64,000 bases of DNA, taken from assembly GCA_038148515.1 (NCBI GenBank), contig JAYQVP010000001.1, forward strand, positions 294,102-358,101. Reading direction: 5' to 3'. The DNA comes from Poseidonia sp. Its GTDB lineage: Archaea > Thermoplasmatota > Poseidoniia > Poseidoniales > Poseidoniaceae. Position 1 is the stretch's first letter. Every line of letters starts with the position of its first letter. Below, piece by piece: positions 36,560-47,157 of this stretch. The notes under the pieces are model-generated. The model saw nothing but the letters and a program-made list of their open reading frames with translations. It was not told where the DNA came from and made no database searches. The position numbers and the translations under genes were made by a program.

Positions 36560-37935
36560 AAGGTGGCGATTTCGCTCCACAAAGCGGCATCGACTGTGGC
36601 TCCGTTCTGTTCCGCAACCTCGATGAAACACGACACAAACTCACTCAAAAAATTACGATGATGACCCAATGCCTTGCGCTGTTTGAATTCATTGCTAAGT
36701 GCAGCAAGGATGTTCGCTATTGATCCTACATCGACCTTTTTCCAGCCTTCTTCCTCCGGTTCAAGATATGGTTTTGTCATAGAAAACCAACATTGTAAGC
36801 CCCAGAGAACAGCATAAATGTCCAAATTTGTTTGGCCTGCAACAAGATAATTATTCAAGAAGGAGAGATCAAAGATTTTTTCTTCGATGTTGTGTTTCTC
36901 AAAAAAGGCTCTATCGAAACGAACCAAGTTAAGAGGGGCTTTGTTGGAGCCGATACCATGTATTGGAGGGAACGACAACTGCGATTCGACTTGAGATTTA
37001 TTAACTGGCCGAGGGAGGAACTCGTTCGCCACAGCCTGAATGATTTCCCTGGACGATTGTCCATCCAAGGCCATTGACAAACACAACAATATGTGTTCTT
37101 TCCACACAACAGAATGGGTGTCACCCCAAGGGCCAATGACATAACCAAGATCATCGGTGTGGCCAAACCAATCAGAGAGAGACATTTCCGCAATGTTCGG
37201 CAAGAGAAAAGGCGTATGAAGACGAAGGTGATGCGTATCGTTCCAATTTTGCAACAAAATGTAATCGCAAAGAGGATTCAACGAGTCCTTCGTTACCTTT
37301 GTCACGAGCCCTTGTGATTGAAAGAAAGTTACCCATGCGTCACGGTTTTCCATGAAATTTTCTTTGTTTGAAATCGCCATTGATGGGAAAGCCTTCGTTG
37401 CAAAAACATTGGCGGTAGGATACAGGGTGATGTCGAGTTGTGGATTCATGCCGATGATCGTTGAGGGTACAGTAAGCCCGAGACTGATGGCGAAGGAGGC
37501 AAAACCTCCGCCTGACCCACCAAAAAAGACCAATCTCTTGGAAAAATGAGCCGATAACCGGTCAAGCAGTGCACACAAATCTGCCTGTAAAGAGAACCAC
37601 TTTTCGTTTCCAATATACCACGCTAAATTTACCCCGTCAATGTGAGTCGAGGGGTCGGAGATGGAGATAAGGCAGGATTGCAACGAAGCACCAATGCCTT
37701 CTCCTGAAAAAAAAGGAGGAGACTTGTTGCTTTTACTGCTGATGGCCGCATTCAAACAGATGAGAAGGCTTTGGTGAGAATCTAAAAAGCGAGTGTTGCT
37801 TATTTTCATGTACAATGTATTGGTACCGAAAACAACCTCGTAGACCCCGTCCTCAAGATTGGTTTGAAGCAACTCCTCCGGACTTCCTGAACTGACGATT
37901 GACCCCCAATCGCCCACGTCAATGCGTCCATTCAT
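36532..37935 (-). CDS. hypothetical protein of the glycan locus (contains FFGGSGGGFASF GxSxG-like motif)
   Basis: 467 aa, unique ORF in the low-GC sub-island. No family assignment possible by eye. Confidence 0.45.
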   Translation of the reverse strand: MNGRIDVGDWGSIVSSGSPEELLQTNLEDGVYEVVFGTNTLYMKISNTRFLDSHQSLLICLNAAISSKSNKSPPFFSGEGIGASLQSCLISISDPSTHIDGVNLAWYIGNEKWFSLQADLCALLDRLSAHFSKRLVFFGGSGGGFASFAISLGLTVPSTIIGMNPQLDITLYPTANVFATKAFPSMAISNKENFMENRDAWVTFFQSQGLVTKVTKDSLNPLCDYILLQNWNDTHHLRLHTPFLLPNIAEMSLSDWFGHTDDLGYVIGPWGDTHSVVWKEHILLCLSMALDGQSSREIIQAVANEFLPRPVNKSQVESQLSFPPIHGIGSNKAPLNLVRFDRAFFEKHNIEEKIFDLSFLNNYLVAGQTNLDIYAVLWGLQCWFSMTKPYLEPEEEGWKKVDVGSIANILAALSNEFKQRKALGHHRNFLSEFVSCFIEVAEQNGATVDAALWSEIATFHSILSNSE

Positions 37936-40900
37936 TCCTCCACCCCCAGAGTGCTTCGAAAGGTCTGAGATACCGTCAAAATGTTGTGCTTTTCGAGTCG
38001 AGGTTTGAGTTTTGAGATTCTCTCATTGACCGTTTCAAGTTTCACTCGAAGGTCAACAGTCCATGAATCGTCATCGGGACCTTCGACAAAGAACGGCCAG
38101 TCCGAACCCAACAATTCCTCGTGCAACACGGAGCGGGTCAGGACAGGAGGCGTACCCACAAGGATGCATTCCAACACTTTCGTGGACAGTTCTCGGGTTT
38201 GGCTCTCGAAATATGCATCTCGGGCACACCACGCAAGATCGGCCAAGGCCACGTGCTTGAGCACTTCTTCGCGGGGTAGACGATGGATCCAGTCTACGTG
38301 CTCGTTGGTCTCCAGTTTTGAGATCATGCGTCGACGGAAGGTTGCATCGTCAGCTGGACCGTTGTGAATCTTATCGCCAATGACCTTGACGGCAAGCTCT
38401 GAAGAAGCAACGTCAAGCAATGGTTCAACTCCCCACAAGGGAGCCATTTTTCCAGCATAAACGATGTTTACTTTGTCATCGTGAACACCGCCGCTCAACG
38501 GTTCAGGAGCCTGGTCTGGAATCATCGGTGGAAGTTCCACAAATTGATGGTCAGGCATACCGGAAAGGTGGGCTAATTCCTTCTGAATGAGCGAGGTTTG
38601 ACAGAGGATTTTTCCACCTTGTTCACATATTGCTTGAACGAGTTGGGCGGTCGTTTCCTTGACGGTCGCCGACCCGTCATCATCGTGGCCGTAATAATCG
38701 GTCAAATAGGCCCATACCTCAATCCCATCAAGTTGTGACAAATCTTGGACGAGGTCAAAACCTCGGCTGAATACCTTGGTCTGACCGGGTAGATAGGTCG
38801 CAAGACTGTTCACCATGTTGACATAATCGTCATGAGGAAGTTTGCGCCCGAAGTCTTTGAAGCCCATTTTTGTTGGCGTAATGATGGTAACGTTGTCAAG
38901 CAGCAACAGAGGCTGGATGATGGGTGAGGATTCGGCTTCGCTGGCGATGCTGCAGACCACATGGACGCCGGTTGCGGCCAACATTTCGGCCATTGAGGCA
39001 AACCAGATTGCAGACCCATCAATCAAGTTGAGGTCCATATGAGCGGCTAAAAGAACGATTTCGTCTATGGGTTCACGTATCTGGCGAATCGCCTCGTCGG
39101 CTGCAGCGAACAACTGATTATCGTCGTGAACCAAGGTCTTAATCCACATTCGATTAGCCTCAGAACAAATCTTCGGAAGAAGATTGGAACGATGCATTTC
39201 ATGAACAAATGGAACAGAGGTATCCATGTTTTGCTTTGATTCTGCGATAACATCCCATAATTGGAGCGATATCTTTCGAAGATCGTAATTTTCCATCACA
39301 AATTGACGATTGTTCTCGCCACGTTCGTACAGTTCTCCTTTCCGAACATGAGACACATATTTTTCGGATAGGTCTGAGACAGAATCCCGAATCCAGTCTT
39401 CTTTGTGTATGTCAGAAGCCCCAGTCCATCCGAGCATCAATACATCTGTACGAGCCGCTGCCCCTTCCAAGGGAGCAAGGTGGAACGATTCAAAATCGGA
39501 AACCGATAACATCGCAGATACCGATGAAAAATAGGAAGCGATAGTCTTGGTATAGCCTTCTTGGGTCACGAGGCGGCGCTCAAACATGTTTTGATGCTCT
39601 TCAAACAAGGCAGTGTACCATTCATTATCTGCCGTTCTACGCTTCATCCAAGCAAAATCCTTTGGCAGTTTTCCTTTGAGAATCAATTTGATGGGATTTA
39701 TTTCTTGATTTATACCATTGAGTATAGATAGAGCAAAATCGAATCTCTTTCGCTGAGGAGTGATACCAATCAGTCCAATCGCTGCAGCATCTTGTCGCTC
39801 TACATCCAGCTCTAAACAATCAACTGCATTGGCGACGACAATTTTTTGAACGGGATCAACGATTCTGGGGTCGTCTTCCATTGTGTGGTTTGAAACAAAT
39901 ATCATGTTGTCGTCTTCACGGAGGGCTGCATCCAGTAGATATTCGGTATTACGCTCTTGGAGATGATAACGCATTGAAAGCGAACGTTCACCTCTCAATC
40001 CTGAAATCTTGGTGACATTGCCCAAAGCCCACTCGCAGAACAAGACATCGTGTGTGCTCATGAGGTGCATGAGCTCTTGGTCGTCAATATCCAAAGCCCC
40101 CGAATGTGTTTTCGACTTGAGCAAGGTCACGGCAATACCCCACGAACGCCAAGTGTTCGCAATGGGTGTAATGAACTTCAAGTCGTGGCCCACAATCAAT
40201 ACACGTTGGTTGATGGGGAGAACGGAGAGACGGTCAGCCTCGCTCGGTTCATTGAATTCGCTTACCCCTTCGGTGACCAACGTGTTGAGGCAATGGTCGA
40301 GACCGGTGTGTTCATTCATGCTTGGAGTATAAGCGATGGCGCGATTCGTCAGAGGTGTCGTACTGCGATGCACGATGATGCCGTTCACCAACAAGGCATT
40401 GATGGCAAGCAACCACTCATCGGTTTGCTCAATGGTCGCCGGTAGCGTGACCCATGCCGGTTTAACTCGTTGACACAAGACTTGACTGACAAATTGGCTT
40501 GTGTCGATGGGATCGTCTCCAGAGACATGCAACTCGTATCGCATGGGATCGAGCCTTTGGAGGTGAGAGCGGTCGTAAGCGGATTCTACAAGTCGAACCC
40601 ACGGATGAAGTTTCAAGATTCGACGGCGCCAATTCTCCTTGCGTTGATGGTCGTGGGTTTCTTCTCGCCGAAGGACGGTTTCTACGATGCTGTTGAAATG
40701 TTCGCTTTCAGCCAAAATGCCAACATAGCCCCGAAGATGGGCTGTTCGTTCCGCTAGCAGAATTGACCCGTGCCCTACGGCATGGTGCAGTTCTGATTCC
40801 GTCGTCAAAGCGTCACAGAGGAAGACGGTTGAGGTCGCTTGAGAAAGGTCGTGTTGCTTGGGCACGCCCAGCACACCAACGCATGAATGGTCTTCACGCA

Positions 40901-43310
40901 GAGTGAGTTCGCCATAGGTGGGTACCGTAGACACCCATGGATGGAAGTGAAGTTCCTCGGGTTGAACCGATAATTTCGGTGTCAACTCAATGGCGCCTGA
41001 GGTCAACTGCCAACCGTCGGCAAGGGAAACAGGAGAGTCCAACCAAGAAGGAGCGCCGGTGGGTGCGAATATCTCCAAACGGTTCAACTCCATCGGCATG
41101 CCGGTTAATCGTCCGTTGTTGACGGTAGAGGGTAACACGTCCAATTCCCATTCAAGCAATCCCTCGGACGTGAGGCAGTGAGTGTACACGCTTGCGATGA
41201 CCGAAGCCATTGTGTTCCAAGAACGCCGCTCCTCAACCCATGAACGACCAGCCTCGGACAATTCACGAAGGAGGGAGGGGTTCTCGATCAGCACCCTCAA
41301 CTTTTCAGACAAATCTTGAGCGTTCTCCTTCTCAAACAACAATCCGTTTTTGTTAGCGATCACGTGTTCAGCGATGGCGCGAACGTTGCTGGCCAACACG
41401 ACGGACCCCATGGCCATCGCTTCTAGGGGTTTGAGTGGGGAAATCATCTCGCATACTTCAGCCGATATTCGAGGGAACGGCGCGATGTCGATGAGCGAAT
41501 AATAATCGTTGACTTCGTCCATCGGCACCTTGCCAGTAAACTGGACCATGTGCGAGAGTCCTAATTCTTGAACCTGAAGTTCAAGCGACGCGCGCATCGC
41601 ACCATCGCCGACGATGAGAACCGCCAAGTTGTTCCGAAGCAATTGTGGAAGCATAGCCACCGCCTCCAATAAAAAATTCAATCCTTCATAATGCAGGAGA
41701 GAGCCAACATAACCAACAACCACCTTGCCGTTCAGCATCAATGAACGTTCAAGCAGCTCATTTCTTGGTTGAACCGTGAATTGCTCTGCATCCACACAGT
41801 TCGGGGCGAGGCTGATTTTTTCCTCAGGGATGCCCCAATCGATCAGTTGCGCACGCAAGCCATCAGTAATAGCAATGACATGGTCTGCCGCGTTGGCGAC
41901 ATGACGCTCAAGCGCCATCTCCAATTGAAAACGGTCGCTTTGTCGGTATTCCTCGTCTTTCGCCGCCCTGCTTAACGCCCACAAACCACGCATTTCGTAG
42001 ACGAACGGAATGTTGAGGGCACGAGCCACCATGGCCGCAGGGAATCCCACCGAGTGGTTGGAAGCAGCGTGAATGGTTTGTGGACGTAGTTCCATCGCTG
42101 TACGAAGCAAGGAATATGCAGACCTCACCGCATAATCTTCCATGGCGTATGTCCCGAATGCGTCTTCGGCAGGGTCGTGGAGATAGGTAACGCCATCGAG
42201 CACCGTGTTCACAATGTCTTCGGGTTTGAGTTCGACCTCCTTTCGGTCGCAGGGATAGCCCCATCGAGTTCGTACATGCAAATCAACGCCTTGTTCAAGC
42301 AAAGATTTGCAGATGTGGTGGGTGCGCGTACAGTATCCTGCCGTGGTGTAATCGATGCTGGCGTGAATGTGGTAGAGGACCCTCCCTTGAACGGGCTGAT
42401 AGTTTTTCACCGGTTTGAGTACATTGAGATCGTAACCGTTCAAACGCCAGTTCAACCGTTCTTGAATGGAATTTCGCAGACGTTGACTCGTCTGATCAGT
42501 GGAGGATGAAAGGAGAGAGATGGCTTCTTCAGAACGATGCGTTCGTTCAAGTTCAACGGCTAAACGGCGCTGAAGGCGCGCATCCAATGCCAAATCAGCG
42601 ACGGAGGAGCCAAAATGAAGTGCATGCTCAAGGCTGCACTCAAGAAGGAGGGTTCCCGCTTGGAAAACGATCTCCCTTTTTCGGCGAACATCCATCTTTT
42701 TTGAGGTAAGAAGGTCGGTGACATCGTTGATGAAAGTTGACTGATAGTGGCCTGCGAGATGTCGGGTCAAACGGGGACCGATGCGGTCAATATCGACCGT
42801 TTTCAAATCAAAATCAAGTGATTGATCATCATCAATACTTGGCGTTTTCTGCTGAGGAACAGAAGTTGATTGAGGGGTCATAAAGTCGAAAATTTTGCGT
42901 CGCTTGGCGCGTTTTTTCAACACAAAATCAGGGGCTCCAAGAAGCGTTTCTCCGAATTCTGGCTGCCCGATACGGTTGAAATAGGTATGAAGAGAACGCA
43001 TCGCTCGTTGATCGTCCAACAACTCGGGCATGGCTGCCAGGCATTGAAAAACATACGCTGCATCAACAGTACAATAGGCACGCAGCGTTGCCAATCTGAT
43101 GTCTTTGCCCACGATTTCATCAACTTCATCAGCCAGACGAGCGGAATCAGAGTGCACGTGCAGTGTATGCAAGTCAAGGGTTTGGCGCAATGAAAATTCA
43201 TCCTTCAGGTCTGTAGGCCTGTCCAAACAGTGCAGAGCAATCTGGATGACGGGGTTGTCAATCTCCTTCAGCCGACGAATCCGTCGATTTCTTCGATACC
43301 GTTTGAGCAT
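37932..43310 (-). CDS. giant multi-modular glycosyltransferase (at least three GT-B/GT4-like modules)
   Basis: 1792 aa. Module 1: RVLYHIHASIDYTTAGY...YVGSLLHYEGLNFLLEAV...PLKPLEAMAMGSVVLAS (GT4 E-x7-E). Further GT-B-like modules include RVLIVGHDLKFI... and VHVVCSIASEAE...NIVYAGKMAPLWGVEPLL. Confidence 0.8.
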   Translation of the reverse strand: MLKRYRRNRRIRRLKEIDNPVIQIALHCLDRPTDLKDEFSLRQTLDLHTLHVHSDSARLADEVDEIVGKDIRLATLRAYCTVDAAYVFQCLAAMPELLDDQRAMRSLHTYFNRIGQPEFGETLLGAPDFVLKKRAKRRKIFDFMTPQSTSVPQQKTPSIDDDQSLDFDLKTVDIDRIGPRLTRHLAGHYQSTFINDVTDLLTSKKMDVRRKREIVFQAGTLLLECSLEHALHFGSSVADLALDARLQRRLAVELERTHRSEEAISLLSSSTDQTSQRLRNSIQERLNWRLNGYDLNVLKPVKNYQPVQGRVLYHIHASIDYTTAGYCTRTHHICKSLLEQGVDLHVRTRWGYPCDRKEVELKPEDIVNTVLDGVTYLHDPAEDAFGTYAMEDYAVRSAYSLLRTAMELRPQTIHAASNHSVGFPAAMVARALNIPFVYEMRGLWALSRAAKDEEYRQSDRFQLEMALERHVANAADHVIAITDGLRAQLIDWGIPEEKISLAPNCVDAEQFTVQPRNELLERSLMLNGKVVVGYVGSLLHYEGLNFLLEAVAMLPQLLRNNLAVLIVGDGAMRASLELQVQELGLSHMVQFTGKVPMDEVNDYYSLIDIAPFPRISAEVCEMISPLKPLEAMAMGSVVLASNVRAIAEHVIANKNGLLFEKENAQDLSEKLRVLIENPSLLRELSEAGRSWVEERRSWNTMASVIASVYTHCLTSEGLLEWELDVLPSTVNNGRLTGMPMELNRLEIFAPTGAPSWLDSPVSLADGWQLTSGAIELTPKLSVQPEELHFHPWVSTVPTYGELTLREDHSCVGVLGVPKQHDLSQATSTVFLCDALTTESELHHAVGHGSILLAERTAHLRGYVGILAESEHFNSIVETVLRREETHDHQRKENWRRRILKLHPWVRLVESAYDRSHLQRLDPMRYELHVSGDDPIDTSQFVSQVLCQRVKPAWVTLPATIEQTDEWLLAINALLVNGIIVHRSTTPLTNRAIAYTPSMNEHTGLDHCLNTLVTEGVSEFNEPSEADRLSVLPINQRVLIVGHDLKFITPIANTWRSWGIAVTLLKSKTHSGALDIDDQELMHLMSTHDVLFCEWALGNVTKISGLRGERSLSMRYHLQERNTEYLLDAALREDDNMIFVSNHTMEDDPRIVDPVQKIVVANAVDCLELDVERQDAAAIGLIGITPQRKRFDFALSILNGINQEINPIKLILKGKLPKDFAWMKRRTADNEWYTALFEEHQNMFERRLVTQEGYTKTIASYFSSVSAMLSVSDFESFHLAPLEGAAARTDVLMLGWTGASDIHKEDWIRDSVSDLSEKYVSHVRKGELYERGENNRQFVMENYDLRKISLQLWDVIAESKQNMDTSVPFVHEMHRSNLLPKICSEANRMWIKTLVHDDNQLFAAADEAIRQIREPIDEIVLLAAHMDLNLIDGSAIWFASMAEMLAATGVHVVCSIASEAESSPIIQPLLLLDNVTIITPTKMGFKDFGRKLPHDDYVNMVNSLATYLPGQTKVFSRGFDLVQDLSQLDGIEVWAYLTDYYGHDDDGSATVKETTAQLVQAICEQGGKILCQTSLIQKELAHLSGMPDHQFVELPPMIPDQAPEPLSGGVHDDKVNIVYAGKMAPLWGVEPLLDVASSELAVKVIGDKIHNGPADDATFRRRMISKLETNEHVDWIHRLPREEVLKHVALADLAWCARDAYFESQTRELSTKVLECILVGTPPVLTRSVLHEELLGSDWPFFVEGPDDDSWTVDLRVKLETVNERISKLKPRLEKHNILTVSQTFRSTLGVEE

Positions 43311-43319
43311 CTTTTGACC

Positions 43320-44426
43320 TCACAACAGTTGTTTCAAAGATTCAATACACCGAATCGCCGCTTGTCCATCCCACATATCAATAGAAGGGCGAGTGGTGGA
43401 TTGAGAGGCGAACAAGACTGACTTCGGTCCAATCTCTTCGGGGACAATCAATTGATTCGTTCCTTCGCTGATGGTGATCGGCCGTTCGGTGTTGGGTCGC
43501 ACTGTTAGACATGGTAAACCAAGGTAGGTTGTTTCTTCTTGAATTCCGCCGCTGTCCGTGATGACGCCGTTCGAGGATGCGACCAAACTCATGAACTCAA
43601 CATAGCCAAGGGGTGGGACGCAACGAATGTTCTCATGTTCTATGTAGGCTTCAAGGCCAAACGATTCTATCCGAGCCTTCGTTCGAGGATGCATCGGCCA
43701 AATGAGTGTATAAGTAGTGGCAAGTTCGTTGAGTTGTGCCAAAATGAGAGCGAGAATCGCTTCATCATCGACATTTGATGGTCGGTGCAAAGTAACAACA
43801 AGATGCGAGTGAGATATACCCAATTCTTCCTTCATGTTGCGGGCTCTGAAAAGAGGTTCCATTTCGACAAGAGTGTCGATCATAATGTTGCCCACTCGAA
43901 CAATTTTTCTCGCATCAATGCCTTCTTTCATCAAATTTTCATCGCCATCGGGCGATGGCGTCCACAACAAATCGCATAGATGGTCAGTGACAATTCGATT
44001 CAATTCCTCGGGCATTCCTCGATCGTTACTGCGCAAACCCGCCTCTAGATGCACCGTTGGAATGCCGAGCTTTGTTGCTGCCAGCGAACACGCAACAGTG
44101 CTGTTCACATCGCCAATCACGATGACACAATCTGGTTCACGCTCAAGCAACACGGCTTCGTATCGCTCGAGAATGTTTGCGGTTTGCTTACCATGGCTGG
44201 CGCTTCCGACGTTCAACGATATGTCGGGATGGCCCATGCCAAACTGTTCAAAGAAAATGCCCGCCATTTCGTGGTCATAATGTTGGCCTGTGTCCACGAG
44301 ATAGGGTGTGAATTCGTCGGACGAACGGAGAACACGAAGAAGCGGAGCCGCTTTCATTTGGTTTGGCCGGGCGCCAACAACAACATGAACCTCCTTACTC
44401 ATGATTTGCGCTGTATCAACAGGCAT
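43320..44426 (-). CDS. wecB: UDP-N-acetylglucosamine 2-epimerase (non-hydrolysing type, WecB/MnaA-like)
   Basis: VHVVVGARPNQMKAAPLLRVL, DCVIVIGDVNSTVACSLAA, HLEAGLRS, and GVITDSGGIQEE are all canonical. Confidence 0.85.
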   Translation of the reverse strand: MPVDTAQIMSKEVHVVVGARPNQMKAAPLLRVLRSSDEFTPYLVDTGQHYDHEMAGIFFEQFGMGHPDISLNVGSASHGKQTANILERYEAVLLEREPDCVIVIGDVNSTVACSLAATKLGIPTVHLEAGLRSNDRGMPEELNRIVTDHLCDLLWTPSPDGDENLMKEGIDARKIVRVGNIMIDTLVEMEPLFRARNMKEELGISHSHLVVTLHRPSNVDDEAILALILAQLNELATTYTLIWPMHPRTKARIESFGLEAYIEHENIRCVPPLGYVEFMSLVASSNGVITDSGGIQEETTYLGLPCLTVRPNTERPITISEGTNQLIVPEEIGPKSVLFASQSTTRPSIDMWDGQAAIRCIESLKQLL

Positions 44427-44496
44427 TTCATTTCATCGCCAAAAACCAAGCGAATCGATTCGTATAGACTAAACCCAAAGCCTCCTTGGAAGAGGC

Positions 44497-45780
44497 ATGG
44501 AGGTCCGTATCGAGGTTGAACAATCAAGGATTGTTCTGTCCCTATCTGCTTCGAAAGAAGAGCGAGATTCGGTTTACGGAGAGAAAATGGCTGAAACACT
44601 TGATTTTTCAATCGCCTCCAACGGGCCGATTGATCTTCGAACGGTTCACGATGATCACCTCGCTCTCATCGTTCTGTTAGCGGTTCATCCTTTTGCCATC
44701 GGAAAACTACCCATACCTCTTCATGTCTCCAAACAGTTTGAGGAAGCAACCCAAATTTTTTCTCGGTATCGTCCTGAGTTTCTGTCCACTTCAGGAAGAC
44801 CGTACACCTCAAAATCTGATGGAAAACCAGGTCTAGCATTTTCAGGAGGCATGGACTCCACAGCGGCCCTTCTACTGATGCCAAACAACACCGTTCCGGT
44901 CTTTCTTGACCGACCTCATCGAGCAAACACGACGCTTTACAATAAATCCGCAGCCAAAGCCACAATGGCGTTTCTCGAAGCAAAGGGAATTCCAAATATC
45001 GCCATCAGCACTGATGTAGAGTTCATTCGAAACCCTGTAGGATTCCCGACTGATTTAGCAACGGGCATTCCAGTCCTTGCGTTGGCATCTCATTTCCAAT
45101 TTGATTCAATCGGGTTTGGAACGGTCATGGAATCGGCATATCGAATCGGGCATGAAAAATCTCGGAATTACGTTGAATCGCCCCACTACAAGGTTTGGGC
45201 GCCGTTGTTTTCTGCCGCAGGATTGCCTCTGTTTTTGCCCGTTGCAGGCGTCAGCGAAGTCGGAACGAGCACCATCGTCCATCGATCGCCCTTTCGGGGG
45301 ATGGCGCGATCGTGCATTCGCGGAAATTGGCCTCAAACATGCAACAACTGTTGGAAATGTTTCAGAAAACAATTGATTGAACATGGCATCAATCAAACAG
45401 AATTTAACGACAACCAATTCCTCTCATCGCTTCAATCAAAAGAAGTCGTTAGCAAACTCTCTGCGGAATTCATCTCTCACGAAAATGTGTTGGGTTGGGC
45501 ATTGAATAAAATTCAACGTGGTCCGAAACTCGATGTGTTGTTCAACCGATTGGTTGCTTCAACCTACTCGTTGAATCATCTTGATTCGTTTTACCCACCG
45601 GCGATTGACCTCGTCCCACCAAAATATCGTTTGCATGTCCTCGAACAACTGAGGAGTTACCTTCCAGAAATGCAAGAGGCGGACCAAGAACGAATGATTG
45701 AACAAGATTTCGCAGACCTACTCAAGTCAGAGCAACACCAAGAAAAAGTGCGGGCGTTGATGGCCATGCTCAACGTTTAA
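44497..45780 (+). CDS. PP-loop ATPase with C-terminal Cys cluster (QueC-like / sugar amidotransferase-like), low-GC copy
   Basis: LAFSGGMDSTAALLLMP (SGGxDS PP-loop) and CIRGNWPQTCNNCWKCFRK. Paralogous to the gene at 47158-48525. Confidence 0.6.
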   Translation: MEVRIEVEQSRIVLSLSASKEERDSVYGEKMAETLDFSIASNGPIDLRTVHDDHLALIVLLAVHPFAIGKLPIPLHVSKQFEEATQIFSRYRPEFLSTSGRPYTSKSDGKPGLAFSGGMDSTAALLLMPNNTVPVFLDRPHRANTTLYNKSAAKATMAFLEAKGIPNIAISTDVEFIRNPVGFPTDLATGIPVLALASHFQFDSIGFGTVMESAYRIGHEKSRNYVESPHYKVWAPLFSAAGLPLFLPVAGVSEVGTSTIVHRSPFRGMARSCIRGNWPQTCNNCWKCFRKQLIEHGINQTEFNDNQFLSSLQSKEVVSKLSAEFISHENVLGWALNKIQRGPKLDVLFNRLVASTYSLNHLDSFYPPAIDLVPPKYRLHVLEQLRSYLPEMQEADQERMIEQDFADLLKSEQHQEKVRALMAMLNV

Positions 45781-47089
45781 GCAGGCGCTCAACAACCGAA
45801 ATAGCTCCGTTGGCTTGAGCGTCGTTCATCGGTGCATGTGGCAGGTTGAGCAACTTCTCGATTCCTTTGCCAAGTGTCGCTTCTTCCGGCTTCATGACAA
45901 CCAACCCCCACCCCTCTTCTTCGGCCTGCTTGCATCGCTTCACCTGGTCGTCCATGCCCGTGTCGGTGTTGGGGATGAACAGGGTCGGCACACCAAAGGT
46001 GCGCATTTCCTGATACGAGTTGTAGCCCCCGGCTTGAACCGCTGCATCAAAGCCCTTGATGTAGAGGGAATTGGGGTAATCACGAATCACCCGCAGGCGC
46101 TCGTGGTGCACGTCAAGACGCTCGCCCAGCATCGATTCGCCGAGCACCACGTGAACGTGTTCGTGAGCGAACAGCGCATCGAGGACGCGGTTGAGCACGC
46201 CTTCAATGTCGTTGATGCGTCCTGCGCCCAGTTGAACGTAGACCACCTTGGCGTCCTCGGGCACGGCCAATCGGGAACGGGCGTAGGCTCGGTCCCACAC
46301 CTCCTCGGGATCCATGACGCGAATGGGCGGCACGACGTGTTCGCGTTCGGTCTCCTCGCCCGAAGCTTCGCCGGGAACGATGAAGCCGTCAAAGAAGTCG
46401 AAACTGTCCACTGGCACGGAGGTGTTGGTTTTCATCGAACCTCGCCGCATCCACCACTTTTCCATGCCCCGCTGGGAAGCGATAGCGTTGAGCATGCCTC
46501 GGTACGGATAGGCGCCGTCAAACATGAACCACTTGGGCCGGTGCTGGTCGAAGACCAAGTGAAGCATGTCCTCCACCAGTCCGTTCCACTGCGTCGCTGA
46601 CATGTTAGCGTGTTTGTAGCGGCCCGCCAGATGGTACGTGGGGAATTGGTCGCTGTAGAGCACGTGGAGTGTCGGCATTGGGGTGAAGAAGACGATTTCG
46701 AGGCTTGGGTCCGCTTTGCGCAAGGCGCGAGCGACGGCGTACATGCGGGTGAAGTGACCAAAGCCCACGCCGTTGGTTGGGAAGAGAACGATGCAGTGGT
46801 TTCGGTCCGTTTCGTCGGAGGAGTGGATACCGTCGGTTAACGCCACGGGGCGCTTGCCCAAGCGCTGGAGACCAAGACGGAACGCGTGGAGGGGGAAGGT
46901 GAGGGGCAGAAAGGGCAGGCGCCACGGTTGACGAACGGCGTTGGTAAGGTGAAGACCCAACTGAAACGACACGCTGTTGCGAAGACGACGGATTTCACGT
47001 TCGTTGCGAGCGTTTCTCACGCGGAGTCGCTCGTTGGCCGAACCTACAGGGTCATTGAGGTCGCCGTCGTGGTGCGCCCCATCATCCAT
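45770..47089 (-). CDS. MurG/PseG-like GT-B (GT28 family) glycosyltransferase or UDP-sugar hydrolase
   Basis: IVLFPTNGVGFGHFTRMYAVARAL (GxGHxxR N-terminal motif of the MurG/PseG/SpsG family). C-terminal GAGRIND...AVQAGGYNSYQEMRTFGVPTLFIPN. Start at the internal Met MDDG to avoid overlap with the upstream gene. Confidence 0.55.
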   Translation of the reverse strand: MDDGAHHDGDLNDPVGSANERLRVRNARNEREIRRLRNSVSFQLGLHLTNAVRQPWRLPFLPLTFPLHAFRLGLQRLGKRPVALTDGIHSSDETDRNHCIVLFPTNGVGFGHFTRMYAVARALRKADPSLEIVFFTPMPTLHVLYSDQFPTYHLAGRYKHANMSATQWNGLVEDMLHLVFDQHRPKWFMFDGAYPYRGMLNAIASQRGMEKWWMRRGSMKTNTSVPVDSFDFFDGFIVPGEASGEETEREHVVPPIRVMDPEEVWDRAYARSRLAVPEDAKVVYVQLGAGRINDIEGVLNRVLDALFAHEHVHVVLGESMLGERLDVHHERLRVIRDYPNSLYIKGFDAAVQAGGYNSYQEMRTFGVPTLFIPNTDTGMDDQVKRCKQAEEEGWGLVVMKPEEATLGKGIEKLLNLPHAPMNDAQANGAISVVERLLKR

Positions 47090-47157
47090 GCTCTGGCCTT
47101 GGAGGCGGACTTCTTCATGCTTCCTCGTCGTGCTCGCTCTCGGTCGGGATTTGCTGG

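Noticed and set aside
20050-45780. Looked for integrase, transposase, tRNA or direct repeats bounding the two low-GC sub-islands as evidence of a mobile element
   Set aside because: None visible. The islands contain only glycan-biosynthesis genes. Acquisition is inferred from composition only, so no mobile_element feature is called.
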